A stretch of 64,000 bases of DNA from an uncultured bacterium (GTDB lineage Bacteria; Zixibacteria; MSB-5A5; GN15; FEB-12): NCBI GenBank assembly GCA_965372795.1, contig CBDVDR010000010.1, forward strand, positions 46,992 to 110,991, given 5' to 3'. Made by a program: the position numbers and the translations under genes. Position 1 is the stretch's first letter; the number at the start of each line of letters is the position of its first letter. The notes below the pieces were generated by a model. The model was not told the origin of the DNA and made no database searches. It saw nothing but the letters and a program-made list of their open reading frames with translations. Below, one piece after another: positions 29,584 to 43,355 of the stretch.

Positions 29584-32500
29584 ATGGGTAATCATCTACG
29601 GGTTATTGTATCTATTTTTCTATTAACTTTTTTTTATTCAAATCTATCACAAGCGGCAAGTTCTCCCGACGCACAGAATAAGTTGGTTGCAAAAGTCACT
29701 TATCGAAGCCATTGGAACACAGCCGAGACTATTTCTGGCGCTTATTATGTTACTGATAAACTTTCCAAACCGATGGCGGCGATTGAGTTTTTGACCTCCA
29801 AAAAAGATCTGCTCAAAATGCAAAGCCCGGTTGATGAATTAGAAGTAATAAATGAACTGACAGACAATTTGGGCAAGACCCACATCAAATTTAAGCAAAT
29901 TTATCAAAACCTTGAGATATTCGGCTGTCAGACCGTTGTTCATTTTGAAAATGACCAAATGATATACCTTGTCGCAGGTCAAACCGTGCCGACTCCGACA
30001 GTTTCTACTAACCCAACTATCACTTCATTCTCTGCATCTGAAACAGCCAAAAAATATTTGGATGATAAAAATATTCCCGATGATTCAAAAACCGAAACAA
30101 AACTGATGCTTTTCCCTCATGACGGTACAACCTATCTGGTTTACTTAGTTGATGTGCTCGGCAATGATACCCATATCATGAGACAAAAAGTATTCATTGA
30201 TGCTCATTCCGGTGAAGTTATTCACGCTTATAACAATATGCAAAATGAAGGTCCGGCTATCGGTTCCGGTCCGGATGTTCATGGAACTGTTCGCTCCTTC
30301 GGTACCTATGATATTGGCGGCACCTTTTACATGATTGATGCTTCTTTCCCAATGTACACTCCTCCGGTAGAAAACCACCAGGGTGTCATCACTACCAACA
30401 TGGTTGGCTATCCAAATTTAATGAATGATTTCAATAACGATAACTATTGGGATGATTTTTTTCTCCACCCGGAAGGTGTCTCAAGCCAGTACAATTTAGC
30501 TATAGCTTTTAATTACTTTTATGACAGATTCGGTCGAAACAGTTACGATGATTTAGGCGGCTCAATTCATGGCAGTGTCCATTATGTTGATCCCAATGGT
30601 GATGTCAATAACGCCTTTTATGTCGGGGATGGTCAGATTCTATTTGGACCGGGTGAAGAACGCTACTATCTCCCCTGGTGTGGCTCGCTGGATGTTGTAA
30701 CTCATGAACTTGCCCACGGAGTAACAGCAACTACTGCCGGTTTGATTTATTCTTTTCAATCCGGTGCCCTCAATGAACATTACTCTGATTTTTTCGGTGC
30801 TATGTCAGACCCTGAAGACTGGTTAATTGCAGAAGATATAAAATTAACATCTCCCGGATTTCTTAGAAATATGGCTGACCCACATCAAGGTGCGGTTCCT
30901 GATTACTTTGAATTCGGTTATCAGCCTGATCATATGGATGAATTTGTTGTCTGGCACGAAGATTCTGATAATGGAGCGGTCCATTTTAATTCAGGTATAC
31001 CTAACAAAGCCTCTTATTTGACTGCCACCGAAATCGGAAATTACGCCACCGAAGAAATCTGGTATCGTACTCTTACAACTTATTTAACCCAGGGATCAAA
31101 TTTCAATTTCTGGGGAAATATGACCATTCAATCAGCAATGGATCTATATGGTTTTCCAAGCCCTGAAGTTACTGCTGTACAAAATGCTCTTGACGCTGTT
31201 GGAATTACAAGTGTCTATGCTGAACAAGATGAAATCACTATGGGAGTATCTATTGGTGAAATTGCTGACACAAGTATTGTTATATTAAAAGGGTACTCAG
31301 ATTCACTTATTATTTTAAGCGCCAGTGCTGTCTTTGGCAGTGTTGAAATTTCAGGTACTTTTCCTGACACCCTTACCGAATCTGATCAGGGGTTAGTAAC
31401 TTTTTCTTTTGATGCGACCATGCTTGAACTTTGCGATATGGGAGTATTTCAGGATACGATAGTAATAACTACTTCTGATCCAAGTGTCTCTGAAATAAAA
31501 ATACTTATAACAATTAATGTTGGTGGTGAGACTTCAGAATCAGATCGTGGAACAATTTGTCGAGCCGGAACATGCAATTATACCTATTGTGGAATCTTAT
31601 TTTATAATAATACCCAGATATCAAGATTCATGAGAAATGATTTAAATGGTCTGTTTAATGCTACCCTTATGATAGGTATTGTAGATGGAGTCGATACATC
31701 AATCTACCGTCAATTTGATATTGAAAACGGGTTTGCACCTACCAGTTTCATGAGGGATTCAGTAAATCAGCGAACCGGCTTCCATTCAATATATTCAGAT
31801 ATCGCAACTAATGATTCAAGAATACAAGGGACTCAGGAATATTTCTACAGATATGGTGAAGATTACTGTGGCGAATTTATCAGCCAATATAAACTTTACA
31901 ATGTTTGTGATACACCCCTGACAATTGTTACCGGAATTTATGCCGATTTTGATCCTAATGATAATGGGTATGATAACTTTGCCGGTATCATTGAAGAAGA
32001 TAATATTATTTATACTGTTAGCAACAATGGTCAAACTGCCGTGGGTCTTGCACCTCTTAACGGCATCGTTAGAAATCTTCGTACTATCAATAATCCAGAC
32101 GTAATCTGGTATGACAAATTCCCATTTGGCCTTTGTTATAATGAAATGATGCAGACAACAAATACTATAGGAAGTTCATCCGACGATTGGTCATCAATTC
32201 TGACCTTTGAAACAACAACCCTCGCACCAGGTGATACTGTTGTATACCGGGCTGCCTGGTTGTATTCCTTGGCAGGTGTTAATGGATTATCAACTATCCT
32301 TCACAATATTGATATGTTTGCGGATTCGGCTCTTCTTTTATTAGATATAAATAAAAATTTCAAACATTGTCTCACAGATAATATATATGATAATGATACA
32401 AGTTTTATTATTAATTATGTCGTAGGTTACAACGGATCTAAATCATTCCCTTGGACAGCGACTCATAAATCAAACTGGATGCAATTAAGCTCTTATTCAG

Positions 32501-33657
32501 GAATGACTGATGATATTGTTTCAATCTCCTATGATTTAACCGGTTTTGAACAGGGTAAATATTTTGATACTATCGTAGTAAGGTGCGATTCGGCTGTTAA
32601 TCTTTTTCAAAATCTGGCTATTGAATTATGGGTGAATGACAGCTCTGGTAGAATTGAAGTCCCGGCAACTTTTTTACCTGAAATCCAGGATGGTATTGAC
32701 ATTGCTTTTGAAGGGGATACAATTATTGTTGATAATGGCTCTTATCCGGTGGCCCTCAGTGTTGATGAAAAAGCTGTTATCTTAAAATCAAAAAACGGAC
32801 CCTCTGCAACAACTCTTACTCCTGTTGCTAATTTATCTCCAGTAATAGATATTTATAAAAATCTAAACGGAATCATAGATATTTCAGGGTTTACTTTTTC
32901 AGGAACAAATAGACATGCCACGATAAACATCGAAAGATCAAATTCTGTCTTTATAAGAAATAACATATTTACTAAAATTACTCATATTGGTCCGTCAAAT
33001 AAATGGATGGTTAATTTTTATCTAAGTTCCGGAACGGCTGAAAACAATATATTCTATGACAATAACGCCCAGGGTATTCGTTCATACTTTTGGACTGTAT
33101 CTATTTTGAATAATACTTTTAACAAGAATATTTTTGGTGTAACAAGCAATACCTTGAATACAACTCTAAAAAATAATATTATTATAAATTCCAGTAGTTT
33201 TGGAATCAGTGGTTCTTTTACAGATATCGACTGTAACAATATTTGGAATAACACCGGTGGTGATTATGTAGATGGTGCGACACCGGGAGTAAATGATCTT
33301 TCGGCGAATCCATACTTCTGCTACCCTGGTGCTTTGGATTACAGTATTGCTTCTTACTCAGTTTGTGCCCCGGAAAATAATGCCTGCAACATACTCATTG
33401 GTGCCGCCGAGGTTGGCAATTGTGATGTTCTCTGTGAAAACCGTGGTGATATCAACCATTCCGGAGGAACCATTCCGGTCGATATTTCTGATTTAACTCA
33501 ATTTGTGGAATATATGTTTGCAGGCGGTCCGGCACCAAATTCTTATGAAGAAGGCGATATTGATTCAAGCGGGGAACATAGTATCTCAGATCTTACCTTT
33601 TTGGTGGACTTCCTTTTTGTAAACGGATCCGCCCCGCAACCATGTTCTATAAAGTAA
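29584..33657 (+). CDS. Secreted M4 (thermolysin-like) metallopeptidase with beta-helix and C-terminal dockerin-like domain
   Basis: FTP/PepSY propeptide, NNAFY, HELAH, GALNEHYSD, VHFNSG; C-terminal RGDINHS..DISDLT and GDIDSSGEHSISDLTFLVDFLF. Confidence 0.9.
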   Translation: MGNHLRVIVSIFLLTFFYSNLSQAASSPDAQNKLVAKVTYRSHWNTAETISGAYYVTDKLSKPMAAIEFLTSKKDLLKMQSPVDELEVINELTDNLGKTHIKFKQIYQNLEIFGCQTVVHFENDQMIYLVAGQTVPTPTVSTNPTITSFSASETAKKYLDDKNIPDDSKTETKLMLFPHDGTTYLVYLVDVLGNDTHIMRQKVFIDAHSGEVIHAYNNMQNEGPAIGSGPDVHGTVRSFGTYDIGGTFYMIDASFPMYTPPVENHQGVITTNMVGYPNLMNDFNNDNYWDDFFLHPEGVSSQYNLAIAFNYFYDRFGRNSYDDLGGSIHGSVHYVDPNGDVNNAFYVGDGQILFGPGEERYYLPWCGSLDVVTHELAHGVTATTAGLIYSFQSGALNEHYSDFFGAMSDPEDWLIAEDIKLTSPGFLRNMADPHQGAVPDYFEFGYQPDHMDEFVVWHEDSDNGAVHFNSGIPNKASYLTATEIGNYATEEIWYRTLTTYLTQGSNFNFWGNMTIQSAMDLYGFPSPEVTAVQNALDAVGITSVYAEQDEITMGVSIGEIADTSIVILKGYSDSLIILSASAVFGSVEISGTFPDTLTESDQGLVTFSFDATMLELCDMGVFQDTIVITTSDPSVSEIKILITINVGGETSESDRGTICRAGTCNYTYCGILFYNNTQISRFMRNDLNGLFNATLMIGIVDGVDTSIYRQFDIENGFAPTSFMRDSVNQRTGFHSIYSDIATNDSRIQGTQEYFYRYGEDYCGEFISQYKLYNVCDTPLTIVTGIYADFDPNDNGYDNFAGIIEEDNIIYTVSNNGQTAVGLAPLNGIVRNLRTINNPDVIWYDKFPFGLCYNEMMQTTNTIGSSSDDWSSILTFETTTLAPGDTVVYRAAWLYSLAGVNGLSTILHNIDMFADSALLLLDINKNFKHCLTDNIYDNDTSFIINYVVGYNGSKSFPWTATHKSNWMQLSSYSGMTDDIVSISYDLTGFEQGKYFDTIVVRCDSAVNLFQNLAIELWVNDSSGRIEVPATFLPEIQDGIDIAFEGDTIIVDNGSYPVALSVDEKAVILKSKNGPSATTLTPVANLSPVIDIYKNLNGIIDISGFTFSGTNRHATINIERSNSVFIRNNIFTKITHIGPSNKWMVNFYLSSGTAENNIFYDNNAQGIRSYFWTVSILNNTFNKNIFGVTSNTLNTTLKNNIIINSSSFGISGSFTDIDCNNIWNNTGGDYVDGATPGVNDLSANPYFCYPGALDYSIASYSVCAPENNACNILIGAAEVGNCDVLCENRGDINHSGGTIPVDISDLTQFVEYMFAGGPAPNSYEEGDIDSSGEHSISDLTFLVDFLFVNGSAPQPCSIK

Positions 33658-33814
33658 ACAAGTTAATATCAGTATTGTTATAACACAGTTCGCAGATATT
33701 GCTTTGTAGTCGATTATTCTTGACAGGATTATCGACTGTGATGTATATTATATATAGATCACATATCTTGAATGACACCCAAAGCCCTTTATTTTTTTTA
33801 TAGGAGGGACTATA

Positions 33815-35179
33815 ATGAAAAGGTGTTATTTAAAAAAAACACTACTGCCGTTATTATTGATAATATTTATAATCACCTTAAGCGATCATCCGTCAATTAA
33901 TAGCACAACTTTTATATGTGGAGACATGGACAATAGTAATACTCCATTCAATATTTCAGATATCACCTATTTTGTAAACTGGCTTTTTCTAAACGGTGCT
34001 CCCCCCCTTCCTTTAGAAACAGCCGATTGTGACGGTGACGGATCGCTTACGATTTCTGATCTTACCTGTTTTATTGATTATCTATTTCGTAATGGTTCTG
34101 CCCCCGCCTGTCCGGTATACATACATGATGATATTATCGGAAGCTGTTTGGGTAACACCTGGGTTGCAGACTCAGGCAATACTGCACCCTCATTAGCTAC
34201 AAGTTCAGGCTGTTTAACAAGCATGCCAATGGACACTTTTGAATATATGTATGCTGAATTCATTGGAAACAATCTGCATATCTACCATAACAATGCCTTC
34301 TATAATTGTTGTCTGGAATATCAAGTTGCTTTTGAACTCATACCACAATCAGATGGTTTACATATTATTGCTACGGAACAAGATTTTGGTCCACCTTGTG
34401 ATTGTTTATGTTTCTTCAATCTTGAATCAGTTGTTAACGATTTGGATATCAGTCAGGAATCAACTTTCTATATTACTTTAATAGGTCTTGAAGGAAATAT
34501 CGTTGGAGTTGATACGGTTAAAATGGGACCTTATGGTTACATGTACTGTGAGGTTGAAAATAATAACATTAATATATATCATAATAATGCCCTTCTAAAT
34601 TGCTGCCCTGATTTTTTTATGGATTATGAAATTAACGGTAACCAAATAACAGCAATCGAACGGGACACTCTTTATGCCTGTCATTGTCTTTGTAATTATA
34701 ACTTAAAATCGACCCTCTTCTATATGCCTCCCGGAGGCTATATTGTAACGCTTATAGGAGGTTCGTTTACTCCTTATGATGGTAAAGTGATAGGAGTTGA
34801 CACAGTTACAATTGGGGTTATTGGAGGTCCTTGCTCTTACAATGAATTCTCAGGGACAGCGATTATAACCTCAGTATCTCCTGCTCCTCCAGAAAGTTAT
34901 AGTTGCAACAACGGTGTTGTAGTTGAATATGATTTTATTCCAGATGACCCCAACGCCCCAAACAACTACTCATTTCCAAACTGGTCAGATAGTAGTCGGA
35001 ATCTCAAAGTCGGAGGAGGTCTAAATCCATCAGCCAGTTGGGCGTTATCTCAGGGACTTACTGTTGGAAGTCTGCACCCTTGTAAGAGAATGGAAATTTA
35101 CGAAGGCACCTGTACCCCGGTTATTTTTGAACTGCTTGATGTAGACTATATCTCATATGTTGACGATTGTTTTGATTAA
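33815..35179 (+). CDS. Secreted Cys-rich protein with N-terminal dockerin-like domain and internal duplication
   Basis: CGDMDNS..NISDITYFVNWLF and ADCDGDGSLTISDLT; the unit YMY.E..NN..IYHNNA..NCC...C.CLC occurs twice. Confidence 0.8.
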   Translation: MKRCYLKKTLLPLLLIIFIITLSDHPSINSTTFICGDMDNSNTPFNISDITYFVNWLFLNGAPPLPLETADCDGDGSLTISDLTCFIDYLFRNGSAPACPVYIHDDIIGSCLGNTWVADSGNTAPSLATSSGCLTSMPMDTFEYMYAEFIGNNLHIYHNNAFYNCCLEYQVAFELIPQSDGLHIIATEQDFGPPCDCLCFFNLESVVNDLDISQESTFYITLIGLEGNIVGVDTVKMGPYGYMYCEVENNNINIYHNNALLNCCPDFFMDYEINGNQITAIERDTLYACHCLCNYNLKSTLFYMPPGGYIVTLIGGSFTPYDGKVIGVDTVTIGVIGGPCSYNEFSGTAIITSVSPAPPESYSCNNGVVVEYDFIPDDPNAPNNYSFPNWSDSSRNLKVGGGLNPSASWALSQGLTVGSLHPCKRMEIYEGTCTPVIFELLDVDYISYVDDCFD

Positions 35180-35180
35180 T

Positions 35181-35207
35181 AAAAAAAGGAGCCGTCGAAG
35201 CGGCTCC
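35181..35207 (-). terminator. Intrinsic terminator oriented on the minus strand
   Basis: Minus strand reads GGAGCCG-CTTCGA-CGGCTCC-TTTTTTT. Confidence 0.7.
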
Positions 35208-35408
35208 TAAGCCAGATAACTTTTAATCCACTGGCTAATCGAATATCTTTTGGTAACAAATATCTTTGTTTCACTAAATTATACTACAAATTTCATGCCA
35301 CTCTCAAATTACACTTTTTTAAGTATTTTACAGCACTTTAACATACACCACGACCATTACTCTATTGGATTCCCCCTATACTTATAGGATTAAGTCCATA
35401 AAAATTAA

Positions 35409-36773
<1,365 letters not shown>

Positions 36774-36787
36774 AATCACTGCACTAA

Positions 36788-36820
36788 TAAAAAAAGCAGG
36801 CATCTTGCCTGCTTTTTTTT
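36788..36820. terminator. Bidirectional terminator
   Basis: aaaaaaagcaggca-tct-tgcctgctttttttt. Confidence 0.85.
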
Positions 36821-36850
36821 ATTCAAATCAAATTAAACTGTCGATACCAC

Positions 36851-37291
36851 TCACTTCGGGGCTTTGGAAGGATCAAAATCGGCAACGTTTGTTGCAAAGG
36901 CCCACTGGTGACCTTCAGGACATTCCATATGACACATCCTATCGCCCCAGAACTGATCAGTCGGTTCGCAATGAGGTGATGCTCCTGCAGTTTTTGCCTT
37001 TTCAAAAAACTCATCGACATTATCAACATACAGAAACATTGATACCGGAGAGCCACCCAATGATTTTGGAGATTTGCTATTTTGTTCTAAATTTTCCGTA
37101 CCCATCATGATAACAGTATTCTTATGCGTCATCTCGGCGTGCATAAAATTCCCTTTTTCATCAGGCAATGTTAATCGGGTTTCAAATCCGAAAGCTTTTT
37201 CATAAAATTCAATCGACTTTTTAAGATCTTTAACAATTATATAGGCGTTTACCCATCCCATTCCTTCAGGTTTAGCTGGTCTGTCTGACAT
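36851..37291 (-). CDS. VOC/glyoxalase (PhnB-like) protein
   Basis: IEFYEKAFG, HAEM, DQFWGDR..CPEGHQW. Confidence 0.9.
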   Translation of the reverse strand: MSDRPAKPEGMGWVNAYIIVKDLKKSIEFYEKAFGFETRLTLPDEKGNFMHAEMTHKNTVIMMGTENLEQNSKSPKSLGGSPVSMFLYVDNVDEFFEKAKTAGASPHCEPTDQFWGDRMCHMECPEGHQWAFATNVADFDPSKAPK

Positions 37292-37425
37292 TTTATTCTC
37301 CTATTTAATGGATTTGTTTTTCTCTATGTATTCTCTAAACGAAAAGTAAGGATAAATGTTTTGGTTTTATATCACAAATTCCGATTATATTTGCCAATGT
37401 GATACAACTCAATTCTGAAGTAGAG

Positions 37426-38178
37426 TTAAATAATTGGCAAGATAGTATTGGGGTCGAATTTCTTTTTGATCTTCCGTGAATAAACCGCATCGGTCTCAAG
37501 ATTTTTCTCATCCAGCCCCGCAAGAAAATTACCTCGATCAATTTCATTCTGGCGCATTGATTCAAACTCATGTTCGGCTGTTACCGGCATCACTCGAAAA
37601 GTCGCGGACACGATCAATCCCAACAGACCCCACGATCCGGCAAAAATTTTGACTATATCATACCCCGATACCGATTTAAAACAGGTCGACCCGGGAGTAA
37701 TTATCTCACCATCCGGCGTCACAATTTCCGCCTGGATAAAATATTTTTTTAAAGGAAAATCCTGATCGTGATAAACAGTTGTCAACCCGACCGCTAATGC
37801 CCCGCCGACCGAACCGACATAGGCAAGATTTGATTGCGGCAAAAAGAGATTGGCTCTTTTTATTTTTTTATTTATCTCTTTTAAGGGAAACCCTCCCCCG
37901 ACTTTGACATAATAATCATCCGGGGCAGTTTCGATCAATTTATTCAACCGATCTGTCCGTACTGAAATCATATTGACAAACGGTTCATCAATCGGATCAA
38001 TATTATTTCCAAATCCGGTTATAAATAATTTCTGGGCGTGTTGATTGGCAAGTTTGAATAACTTTGAAGTCTCTTCGGCATTCTCAGGATGAAAGGTAGC
38101 GATGGTTTTTTGAAAGGTCAGCCGGTCATCAGGGAACTCGCTTCTGATTATATCCAGAAATTTATTTATATCAGTCAT
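37426..38178 (-). CDS. FAD-binding oxidoreductase (GlcE/GlcD-like)
   Basis: SVGGALA, KSVSGYDIVKIFAGSWGLLGLI, KKKFDPNTIL. Confidence 0.8.
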   Translation of the reverse strand: MTDINKFLDIIRSEFPDDRLTFQKTIATFHPENAEETSKLFKLANQHAQKLFITGFGNNIDPIDEPFVNMISVRTDRLNKLIETAPDDYYVKVGGGFPLKEINKKIKRANLFLPQSNLAYVGSVGGALAVGLTTVYHDQDFPLKKYFIQAEIVTPDGEIITPGSTCFKSVSGYDIVKIFAGSWGLLGLIVSATFRVMPVTAEHEFESMRQNEIDRGNFLAGLDEKNLETDAVYSRKIKKKFDPNTILPII

Positions 38179-38373
38179 GTCGTGAAGATATAACTGTCAA
38201 TCGTTTCTGTCAACTGCGGATTTTCGGTGGATTTTACAAATCCGAAAACATAATTCAAATATTTATATTAAAAAATTCAAAATACTTAAACTAATCGAAT
38301 ATCAAAATTTGTCGATTAATAAATTAGGGTTTAAAAAAATAATAATAGAGCACAAATATGGTTTGGATACTTA

Positions 38374-40386
38374 ATGAGAAGGATAAATCTACTCATTAAT
38401 ATTAGTATTTTAACGAATGTGCTAATATTTGTTGTTATCTCATACTTTGAATTTGAATGGGCATGGGGAATTAACCATCTTCTATTTTTACCTGACAATT
38501 TTACTTACATATACTATTTTTGTATAGTAATTATATTAATAATTCTTTTTTCTTCATTAAAAACTAATTCACTGGAAAATGTATTTCAATGGTTTGGAGA
38601 AATCTTCTTTAAGAACAAATACGTTTATAGATATTTGCTAATCATTTTTTTAATTTTTATTTTCATTCTATTTCGATCCAAAACTTTTTTTCTGGGGGAT
38701 GGCTACACATGGATTGGTAATTTTGGAAATGATAAAATTCTGATCTTTAAATGGACGGAATCTTTATCCATCTATCTAATCAGATTAATTCAAAATATCT
38801 TAAACAGTACCGACAGCAAAACAGCCCTTCTGTCATTTCAAATAATCTCAATAATTTCCGGTGGAGTTTTTATTTATAATATTGTTGAAGTTATAAAAGA
38901 AATTTGCCAAAATAACAACATCCGAATTTTCTGCTTCTTCTCTATTCTTCTATCCGGTTCTATTATGCTATTCTTTGGCTATGTTGAATTCTATCCGGCT
39001 CTCTGGGCGATATTAAGTATTTTCCTGAATTTCTCCATCAAATATTTAAATAATAAATCAAAAATAATAGGTGTTATAATAATTTATCTGATAGCTATCA
39101 GTATTCATGCACAGACGTTATTTTTAATTTTAGGTTTTCTCTTTGTTATTACACACAAAACTCTAAATGTAAAGAAATTCATAAAATATAATAAATATGT
39201 TAAATATTCTTTAGGGTGTTTATTGTTAATATTCCCCATAGCCTACTACTTGCTTCATGAAAACATTTTATCATTCAGTTTGACTTTCCTACCATTATTT
39301 AGCACAAAACTCTCTTATTACGTTTTTAGCCCATCGCATTTATTAGACATATTGAATCTATTATTTTTATTATTCCCAAGTTTGATAATTATTACTTCAA
39401 TTTTAATTATTTATAGAGCAAAATTTTCTAAAGATAATGTTTTTTATTTTTTACTTACTTTGTCAATCGGTTCTTTATCTTTTTTGATATTCGTTGATCC
39501 AAAACTAGGGATCGGCAGAGATTGGGATTTAATGTCTTTTACATTATTACCACCTTTCTTACTTTTATTTAAGGGATTGGATGCTTGTGCTAACAAGATT
39601 GGAATTAAAACTATTCTTTGTAGTATAATTATATGTTTTATATCAACATCTTTTTTTATCACAATAAATCAAAATAAAAACTTTTCTGAAAAAAGATTTT
39701 ACACGCTATTAAAATCCTCAGGGAAAAAAGAAAGAAACGGGTGGGAAATCCTTTCAAATTATTATGAAAAAAGTGGTTATATTGAGAAAGGTAAATCAAT
39801 TGCCTATGAATCAGAAATATTATTCCCTGAATATTCTTTACATTTAAAAGGATTTAAATACCTTCAACAAGGCGAGATATCTAAAGCTTTTCAAATTGCT
39901 CAACATCTAATTGCGCTTGATTCAAATAATACAAATTATCTCAACCTATTAGGACAGGTTTATGCATCAAAAGGAGATTTAATTCATGCCGAAAAAACTT
40001 TAAAGAAAGCTCTCAAAATTAGTCCCTTAGATTCAGGCGTACTTTTATCAATAAGTCAAATTTATATCGCTTTAAATCAAAATGACGTGGCATTGTCTAA
40101 TTTGAGCATGGCTTTCAAATTAAATCCCAGAAGAGAAACTTATGCTACTATTGGGTTAGTAAATTTTAAATTAGGAAAGTTTGAACGAACAACTCAAATT
40201 TGTGATACTTTGTTATATGACAATCCAAATTCCCCCGAAGGTCATATGCTTCGGATGATGATTTATTTATTTAAAAAAAACTACGAGTCTGCAAAATTTC
40301 ATTATTTGGAATACTGTAAACATGGAGTTGGAAGACAAGAATATAAAAGTATAATTCAAAAATACAAATTCCTTGAATCTAAATAA
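38374..40386 (+). CDS. Polytopic membrane protein with C-terminal TPRs
   Basis: FLGDGY, FFGYVEFY, LG..RDWDL, many TM segments, TPR tail. Confidence 0.75.
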   Translation: MRRINLLINISILTNVLIFVVISYFEFEWAWGINHLLFLPDNFTYIYYFCIVIILIILFSSLKTNSLENVFQWFGEIFFKNKYVYRYLLIIFLIFIFILFRSKTFFLGDGYTWIGNFGNDKILIFKWTESLSIYLIRLIQNILNSTDSKTALLSFQIISIISGGVFIYNIVEVIKEICQNNNIRIFCFFSILLSGSIMLFFGYVEFYPALWAILSIFLNFSIKYLNNKSKIIGVIIIYLIAISIHAQTLFLILGFLFVITHKTLNVKKFIKYNKYVKYSLGCLLLIFPIAYYLLHENILSFSLTFLPLFSTKLSYYVFSPSHLLDILNLLFLLFPSLIIITSILIIYRAKFSKDNVFYFLLTLSIGSLSFLIFVDPKLGIGRDWDLMSFTLLPPFLLLFKGLDACANKIGIKTILCSIIICFISTSFFITINQNKNFSEKRFYTLLKSSGKKERNGWEILSNYYEKSGYIEKGKSIAYESEILFPEYSLHLKGFKYLQQGEISKAFQIAQHLIALDSNNTNYLNLLGQVYASKGDLIHAEKTLKKALKISPLDSGVLLSISQIYIALNQNDVALSNLSMAFKLNPRRETYATIGLVNFKLGKFERTTQICDTLLYDNPNSPEGHMLRMMIYLFKKNYESAKFHYLEYCKHGVGRQEYKSIIQKYKFLESK

Positions 40387-40393
40387 TCTTATT

Positions 40394-40424
40394 AAAAAAC
40401 CCCGACTCAATAAATCGGGGTTTT
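40394..40424. terminator. Bidirectional terminator
   Basis: aaaaaaccccga-ctcaataaa-tcggggtttt. Confidence 0.75.
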
Positions 40425-40504
40425 CTATATATAAATCTCTTTGATAAATTACTAAGTAATCATCAATTAGTTCAGCCATAGGCTGAAAAAAGCAACTTCG
40501 TTGC

Positions 40505-42181
<1,677 letters not shown>

Positions 42182-42475
42182 TTAGCTGTTTTGAATGACA
42201 GCGAAAATCTCTGATTCTTTCATAATAATTAATTCATCACCTGCGATTAAAACTTCTGTACCTGCATATTTACCATACAGAACTTTGTCACCTTTTTTAA
42301 CTTCAAGCGGTAAAACTTTGCCATCTTCTGTCATACGTCCAACGCCGACTTCAATAATTTCACCTTCCATAGGTTTTTCTTTAGCAGTATCAGGAATAAT
42401 AATTCCCCCTGCTGTTACATCAGCGGCTTCAATCGGTTTGACCACAACTCGGTCACCTAATGGTTTAAAATTCAT
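42182..42475 (-). CDS. groS: Co-chaperonin GroES
   Basis: [22 protein letters not shown]. Confidence 0.99.
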   Translation of the reverse strand: MNFKPLGDRVVVKPIEAADVTAGGIIIPDTAKEKPMEGEIIEVGVGRMTEDGKVLPLEVKKGDKVLYGKYAGTEVLIAGDELIIMKESEIFAVIQNS

Positions 42476-42541
42476 CTCAATCTCCTATTTAATAATTGTT
42501 TGTTTTTTATTTTTTAAAAAAAATACAGGCAACGCCTGTTG

Positions 42542-42568
42542 TTAGCACTCTACACTAATGAGTGCTAA
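42542..42568. promoter_or_regulatory. CIRCE operator (HrcA)
   Basis: Perfect TTAGCACTC-N9-GAGTGCTAA upstream of groES. Confidence 0.97.
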
Positions 42569-42577
42569 TAAGCAATC

Positions 42578-42605
42578 AATATAGATTTAACGGTGATTTT
42601 GTCAA
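42578..42605 (-). promoter_or_regulatory. sigma70-type groESL promoter
   Basis: TTGACA-N16-TATATT on the minus strand just upstream of CIRCE. Confidence 0.7.
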
Positions 42606-42702
42606 GAAGTTTCAGTTTTTTTTTCAAAAAGAGGAGTTTTTTTATGGTGTATATATCACCCTGCGTAAGTCGTTAATAAACAATAATAAAGGTGATATTT
42701 CT

Positions 42703-42885
42703 TTATGTGCTATTGCTTAAGAGATATACCACCCACACTACCATACTTAAAAATGCTGTTAAGGGAATAAAATAATAAAACGGCAGTTCTATTCCAAGAT
42801 AGCGTAATCTCAGTATTATACAGTAAAGAATTAGCCATATAAAAACGCATCCTATGCAAAATCCAATTATAAGTTTTAATTCCAT
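42703..42885 (-). CDS. Small 2-TM membrane protein
   Basis: Hydrophobic 60-aa ORF with AAGGA RBS. Confidence 0.5.
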   Translation of the reverse strand: MELKLIIGFCIGCVFIWLILYCIILRLRYLGIELPFYYFIPLTAFLSMVVWVVYLLSNST

Positions 42886-43355
42886 TTAAAAAAATTCCTT
42901 TATTTATAAAATGATTATTATTGTTATGTCGACTGTTTTTAATTAAACTTTAGCCTTGTTATATATATTATCGGCTTAATTCGAGAATTTTGTATTAAAT
43001 GGTTCATTTTATTTAAAAATAAATCGTAATCGATTATAAGACATAACATTAGTTTATTATTTAAATAATATCTTGTATTAAATAATCAATTTAATCAATA
43101 ATTAACCTCTGTCACCAACTCCATTTAACATTACAAAGTTCTCCTATTTCTGGCATCTCTATATATTCTACCTACATAACATTATACGTATTTCAACTTT
43201 TTACGTATTTCAACTTTTTATCTTTCTTATGCTTTTTGTAATTACATTTTTATATTAGAATTAATAGTGATTGCTGAACCAGAACTATTTGTAAAGGGGT
43301 TTGTTAAGGAAATATGAATCGAATTGGAATGATTTTAAAATGAAATGGAGACTAT

